Assembly (NCBI GenBank): GCA_030390025.1 | Contig: CM059432.1 | Span: 33,048,001-33,112,000 of the forward strand | Length of the DNA stretch: 64,000 nucleotides | Reading direction: 5' to 3' | Source of the DNA: Squalus acanthias | Lineage: Eukaryota | Shown: one piece after another, positions 58,218-64,000 of the stretch | Position numbering within the stretch: position 1 is the stretch's first letter | Layout: the number at the start of each line of letters is the position of its first letter | Notes under the pieces: model-generated | Databases searched by the model: none | What the model was told of the DNA's origin: nothing | Seen by the model: only the letters and a program-made list of their open reading frames with translations | Translations under genes and position numbers: made by a program

Positions 58218-61200
58218 GGGCTCGATTTTCACCGGCCCATGGAGGCGGGATTGGGGGCGTGTGGGGAGTTAAAATAGCAAAAAATGGCGGGCGGGCCCAA
58301 ACCCGCCTCCGCCGAATTTTCCCAGTTGTGTTTTCAGATCCCGTTGCCGTCCTGCCTCCAAGAGGCGGGATAGGCCCTTAAGGCCATTGACAAGCTCTTA
58401 ATTGGCTCTAGAATGCCATTCTGATTTTTACAGGTTTCCCACGTGATGCACGCCTCCTCTGAAACACGACGGTGAAACCTGACGGTTACACATTTGGCTT
58501 GCTGGCTTTCAGCTGCAGCTCCACCATTAAAGAGTACTTTGGAGCAATCATCATTTGCAGGTGGCAGAACTTAGTTGTTTCAGGTCTGGGGAAACTTTAG
58601 CAGGCCTACTCATTGTTGTGGAAGTTTGGAGCCTGACACCCATCTCCAGTGTGAGCTCCTGGGAAGCCCCTCACCCCACCCTGACTCAGCGCTTCCTCAA
58701 CTGAGCCATTTGCCAGAAGAATGGGAACCATTCGGTTCCTTTGCCCCTAGACATCAGATGAGGACGAACACCAGCCGCAACTGCAGGAGCAACAACAGCA
58801 GCTCCAACATGCTGCTCAGCCACCTGTAGTTGCTCAAGGCAGAGGGCGCCAGCGCATGGATGAACATCGGCGCAGGCGATACCCCCAAAACAGGGTCTAC
58901 AGACAGAGGATCAGCTACCTCAACATGTCTGAGCAGCAGTGCCAAAGGCGGCTACGACTTTCGCGAGAGGTCGTGGGTGACATCTGCGCACTGGTGCAGC
59001 AAAACCTGGAACCCAGAGGAGCAGGTGAACATCCCTTACCAGTGGCCCTCAAAGTCACCACCGCACTCAACTTTTTTGTGTCAGGCTCATTCCAGGGATC
59101 AGCAGCAGACATCAGCGGCATCTCCCAGCCGGCCACACACACTTGCATCACACAGGTAACCGATGCCCTCTTTGCCATCGCGCACAATCACATCCATTTC
59201 TCCAAGGATCAAGCAAGTGTCACGGCGCGTGCGGTTGAATTAGCTAATCTGGCAGGCTTTCCAAGGGTGCAGGGTGTTGTTGACTGCACGCATGTGGCCT
59301 TTAAGGCACCCCATCACAATCCAGGTATTTTTGTCAACCGCAAGGGCTTCCACTCCCTCAACGTACAGCTGGTGTGTGACCACAAGAAGGAAATTTTGCA
59401 CGTTTGTGCCAAGTACCCTGGCAGTTGCCATGACTCCTTCATCCTGCGCCAGTCTAGTGTGCCTCCGCTCTTCAGTCCGCCAGACCAACTTCACGGATGG
59501 CTACTTGGAGACAAGGGCTATCCCCTGAAGAAATGGCTAATGACACCGTTGAGGAGCCCATCCAACGAGGCTGAGGAGCGCAACAACTTGAGCCACATTT
59601 CCACCAGATCCATCATCGAGCAAACCATCGGCTTGTTGAAGGTGCGCTTCAGATGCCTGGATAGATCAGGTGGAGCCCTGCAGTACGCGGCAGCCAGGGT
59701 CTCCAGAATCGTCGTAGTTTGCTGTGCGCTTCACAACATGGCACAGCGTCATGGCTTACAGATTGCTGACGTCCAAGAGGCTCCTCACATATCCTCCTCG
59801 GAGGAGGAGGGTGAAAATTAACATCTGACCGAGGCGCATTAACCAGCGACGGCAATACACGAGACCATTGCTGGCCGGGATGCAAGGAACGCACTCATCT
59901 TGGCCAGATTTGCCTAGCCTAGCCAAGCAACCACTTTTGCCTCGCAGCTTCTTGCCACAGCATCGTTAATAGCCAGGAACCATTGTCCACTCTGACCATC
60001 ATTGACAACTGCTATTCCTCCTAAGCCCGCAATGTTGAAGTCCCAATAGCGATATGACACAGGCCACAAATTTTTTAGTTATAAGAAGCTACTGATGGCT
60101 TATCAGAATTAAACATAACATTTCACCCAAGTGACAAACCTTGTGACTATTTGTGCAGTTTCTTTCTCTTACTCGTGCTTCTACGTGGTGGTTCCCCCTT
60201 GGCATCAGCAGATGTAGAGGCCCCTTGCTCACTCTGTTGCTGCTCCTGTCTCGACACCTTGGGCGGGCGTCCTCTGGGGTTGCGAGCCTATGAGGGCTCG
60301 CCAACAGTCTGCTGCTCTTGCAGCTGTGCAGGGGTTGAGACGCCGATCTCAGATGGGTGGGAACTCTGGTGGGGCTCTGACCGAGGACTTTGCAGTGTCA
60401 TGGTCGTGTGAGCGCTTGGGGAAGAGCCCCCACTTCCTTGTTCTCTGCCACCAACATCCCTCTCATGGGTCAGCCCCACCTCAGAGCTACCAAGTGGCTT
60501 GACAGCACCTTGCTGCACTTCAGGGGGGCCATGAGGACCCGTTTCTGGAAGTCCTACTGCCGAGGACTTGCCTGAAGGTCTGGCTTGATTGCTCAATAGC
60601 TGAACATCGCTCCTCAAGAGATGCCAGTCTATTCTGAACAAATACCATGTTTTCCATACCCTGGCGAATAAGCTTCTCCATGGCCGTTACCATCCTCCTG
60701 TACCGTTGCCATCCTCTCCTCTACAGTAGCCAGCCTTACCATGGAGGTAGACATAATTTCCACGGTGGTTGCCATCCTTTCCGTGGTGATGCGTTCATGC
60801 GCCACCGCCTCCACAAAGGCTCTACTCATGTTAGCGATGGACTCCTCCATTCGCTCTACACTCGCAGCGACCCTGGAGACAAAACCTGCCAGAGACTCCT
60901 GCACCTCTTCCTGGAGTTCTTCTGGATGGACCCAGAGGCAGAGGGTCGACATGCAGCTGAGCCGAGCTGGGAGAGTCCTGAGCCCTCTGACTAGGACTCT
61001 CCACTGCTTTCCCGGTGTCCACCATCTGCTGAGGCTCACTTGTGAGCTGTGATACACCAGGTGACAACACTACTCTATCTCGCGAAGGTCCCACCAAGGT
61101 GTGAGTGTCTGCACTGGAGCTGGGCTGGCTTAATTCTGCTGACGCTGCGCCCTCAGAGGTTTCAGCTTCCTCTGAGGAGTCTTGAGCCTCAGTCTGTTCC

Positions 61201-62397
61201 TCCTGGATAGTGGGGACGGGTGCTTGCGATGGTCCTGTGGGGGAGTAAAGGAAACAGTCAAATTTGAGGCCAAAGTGACATGCACAATGCATATTGCAGA
61301 TGATCATAAGTCCAACTGTTAGAGCTTCAGAATCATTATCAGTGACTCATGCAATGTCAAAGAGAGAGATGAACAACTATTCTGTCACTGGCTTGCTCTG
61401 CTGCGCCCGTCTGCCCGTCACCCACTTGCGCATCCTCATCGACTCCCACGATCTCCAGGGCCGCCTCCTCCCAAGGGGTGAGCTGGGCTACTGAGGGTGG
61501 CCCTCCTCCTGTCCTCGCTCTTTCCCTCTTATTGTGAGCTCTCTTTTCCTGCAATGAGGGAGACAAGTGGAGTTTGAGTGAGAATGAATGATTGAGTTCA
61601 TAGAATCCATCTCATAGATGCTTAGAAGGAGACAAAGATGGAGTGAGGTGGCAAGACCAAGGGCCCTCCCTGTGTGTTGTAAGTTGTAATTGCATCACAG
61701 TGATAGGGAGTGTGAGGGCTGCATAGTCGAATAGTTAGGTGAATGTGACCATAGAGAGGGAATGGGTGCAGGGATGTCAGTGTCAAGTGGGATGTGGAGG
61801 AAGAGGTTGCTAAAGCTGAGTGCTGGTGAGGAGAGGCAAAGGGCATCAGATTGAGGGTGATGGGAAAGTCATACTCACTTTTCCAGTGCGCAGAAGGTCA
61901 TGAAATCTTTTGCGGCATTGAAGCCAGGTTCTGCGGATCAAAGACAGAGAATTCACCTCCTGGCCCACCTGGAGCCACACAGCCTTCGTTTGCTGAGGAG
62001 GCTTCTTCCTCCCTGAAGAAGGGAAGAGCACCTCCTTATGAGCTCTTGCTCCATCTACCAGGGCTTGCAGGGCGACGTCCTCAAATCTTGGAGCAGACTT
62101 AGGTTTGCTGGTGCACATGATGCCTCCAGGTCAATGTAGGAACAAAGGCCAGAAGGTTGGCAGTCTGCAAAGGAAGCAAGTCCTCTTGCAGACCTTAAAA
62201 GCAGCAGCAATGATGATGTCATCGGAGGCGACTTTCAGACTGGAAAAGCTAATTGGGCCAGGGGTTCTCCACACAGGAACTCAATTGCCCAATCTCGGGA
62301 AAATCGCGTTTGTAACACACATCGCATGAGAGTCGGGTGGATAACACGGAAATCGGATGACACAACGCCAGTCCGCCCCCATGGGAAAATCGAGCCC
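58218..62397. mobile_element. Harbinger family B copy (4180 bp)
   Basis: Perfect 13-bp TIRs GGGCTCGATTTTC / GAAAATCGAGCCC; TSD TTT; transposase (+) and Myb gene (-, about 60140-62118, frameshifted). Confidence 0.94.
58856..59821 (+). CDS. HARBI1-like DDE transposase (family B), 321-aa open core
   Basis: [62 protein letters not shown]; the true N- and C-termini appear damaged. Confidence 0.88.
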   Translation: MDEHRRRRYPQNRVYRQRISYLNMSEQQCQRRLRLSREVVGDICALVQQNLEPRGAGEHPLPVALKVTTALNFFVSGSFQGSAADISGISQPATHTCITQVTDALFAIAHNHIHFSKDQASVTARAVELANLAGFPRVQGVVDCTHVAFKAPHHNPGIFVNRKGFHSLNVQLVCDHKKEILHVCAKYPGSCHDSFILRQSSVPPLFSPPDQLHGWLLGDKGYPLKKWLMTPLRSPSNEAEERNNLSHISTRSIIEQTIGLLKVRFRCLDRSGGALQYAAARVSRIVVVCCALHNMAQRHGLQIADVQEAPHISSSEEEGEN

Positions 62398-64000
62398 TTT
62401 GTGTTTAATGTACAAGGACCCCCAGATCCCTCTGTACTACAGCATTTTGTAGTCTCCATTTAAATAATTTTTTTTATTTTTCTTACCAAAGTGGATAACC
62501 TCACATTTTCCCACATTATACTCCATCTGCCAAATTTTTGACCTCTCTCTTAACCTATCTATATCCCTTTGCAGATTCTTTGTGTCCTCTTCATAACTTG
62601 CTTCACCACCTATCTTTTGTATCATCAAATTTGGCTACATTATACTCGGTCCCTTCATCCAAGTCATTAATATAGATTGTAAACAGCTAGAGGCCCCAGC
62701 ACTGATCCCTGTGGCACCCCACTAATTATACTTTGCCAACCTGAAAATGACCCATTTATCCTGACTCTCTTTCCTGTTAGTTAGCCAATCCTCTATCCTT
62801 GCTAATATATATTACCCCCAACCCCATGAGATCTTATCTTGTGCAGTAACCTTTTATGTGGCACCTTATCGAATGCCTTCTGGAAATCCAAATACATGAC
62901 ATCTACTGGTTCCCCTTTATCCACCCTGCTTGTTACATCCTCAAAGAACTCCAGCAAATTTGTCAAACATTATTTCCCTTTCATAAAACCATGCTGACTC
63001 TGCTTGACTATATTCTGATTTTCTAAATGTCCTGCTATCACTTCCTTAATGATGATGGACTCCAGCATTTTCCCAATGACAGATGTTAGGCTAGGTCGAT
63101 GGTTACCTGCTTTCTGTGTCCCTCCTTTCTTAAATAGGGGTGTTACATTTGCGGTTTTCTAGTCCGCTGGGACCTCTCCAGAATCCAGGGATTTTGGTAG
63201 ATTACAACCAATGCATCCACTATCTCTGCAGCCACCTCTTTTAAGACTCTAGGATGCATGTCATTGGGCCCAGGGGACTTGTCCACCTTTAGTCCTATTA
63301 GTTTGCCTAGTACTTTCTCTCTAGTGATAGTGATTGTTTTAAGTTCCCATCCCGCCCCCCCCCCCCCCAAGCCCAATAGCCCCTTGATTATCTATTATTG
63401 GGATGCTTTTAGTGTCTACTACCGTGAAGACCGATACAAAATATTTGTTCAAGGTCTCTGCCATTTCCCTGTTTCCCATTATTAATTCCCCAGACTCATC
63501 CTCTAGGGGACCAATGTTTTCTTTCGCTACTCTCTTCCTTTTTATATACCTGTAGAAGCTCTTACTGTCTGTTTTTATATTTCTTGCTAGCTTACTCTCA
63601 TAAGCTATCTTCTCTCTTTTTTTTAGTCGTCCTTTGCTGGTTTTTAAAAAGTTACCAATCCTCTGGCCTTTCACTCTTCGTCGCAACATTGTATGCTTTT
63701 GTTTTCAATTTGATACCACCCTTTACTTCCTTAGTTAGCCACGGATGGTTCATCCTTCTCTTAGTCTTTCTTTCTCTCTGGAATATATCTTTGCTGAGTG
63801 TTATGAAATATCTCCTTAAATGTTTGCCACTGCTTTTCTACAGTCTTACCCTGTAATATATTTTCCCAGTCCACTTTAACCAAGTCTGCCTTCATACCTT
63901 TGTAATTACCTTTGTTTAAGTTCAGGACACTAGTTTGAGACCTAGCTTTCTCACCCTCAAACTGAATTTGAAATTCTGCCATGCTATGATCACTCTTCCC

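Larger units (their letters stand above)
57526..64000 (-). mobile_element. CR1 LINE (3' tail to RT, running off the window), split by a Harbinger
   Basis: CATAACATAAGAAATAGG tail; CR1 sequence resumes at 62398; KSPGPNDMHPRVLKE, KCEVIHFG, NLNKGNYKGM. Confidence 0.9.

Overview
Vertebrate DNA made almost entirely of nested transposable elements. The CR1, Penelope and Harbinger repertoire looks like a cartilaginous fish (inference). No host gene, RNA gene or CRISPR array is supported. Contents: at least 8 PIF/Harbinger copies or fragments from about 4 families (HARBI1-like DDE transposase plus a convergent, intron-containing Myb/SANT-like gene), several CR1 LINEs (one full length), two Penelope-like elements (one with a hammerhead ribozyme), Tigger/pogo and hAT relics, solo LTRs, and one provirus with both LTRs (38656-51995, minus strand, 4-bp TSD CTTA). 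The provirus is the most unusual object. It has 1.64-kb LTRs, a tRNA-Ser-like PBS overlapping the gag ATG, and a Gag with an overlapping PSAP/PPxY late domain. Its CCHC knuckle lies in the -1 frame behind an in-phase G_GGA_AAU slippery site, and that frame ends in UGA-CUAG. There is no pol; its place is taken by a diverged second copy of the Gag coiled coil and an acidic ORF. The env is apparently spliced and encodes an Ig V-like domain fused to a paramyxovirus-F/errantivirus-type class I fusion protein (lokiretrovirus-like, inference). Nearly all retroelements lie on the minus strand, which suggests a uni-strand piRNA-cluster-like TE trap. TSD/TIR-defined boundaries are exact; other boundaries are approximate. 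No database search was possible.
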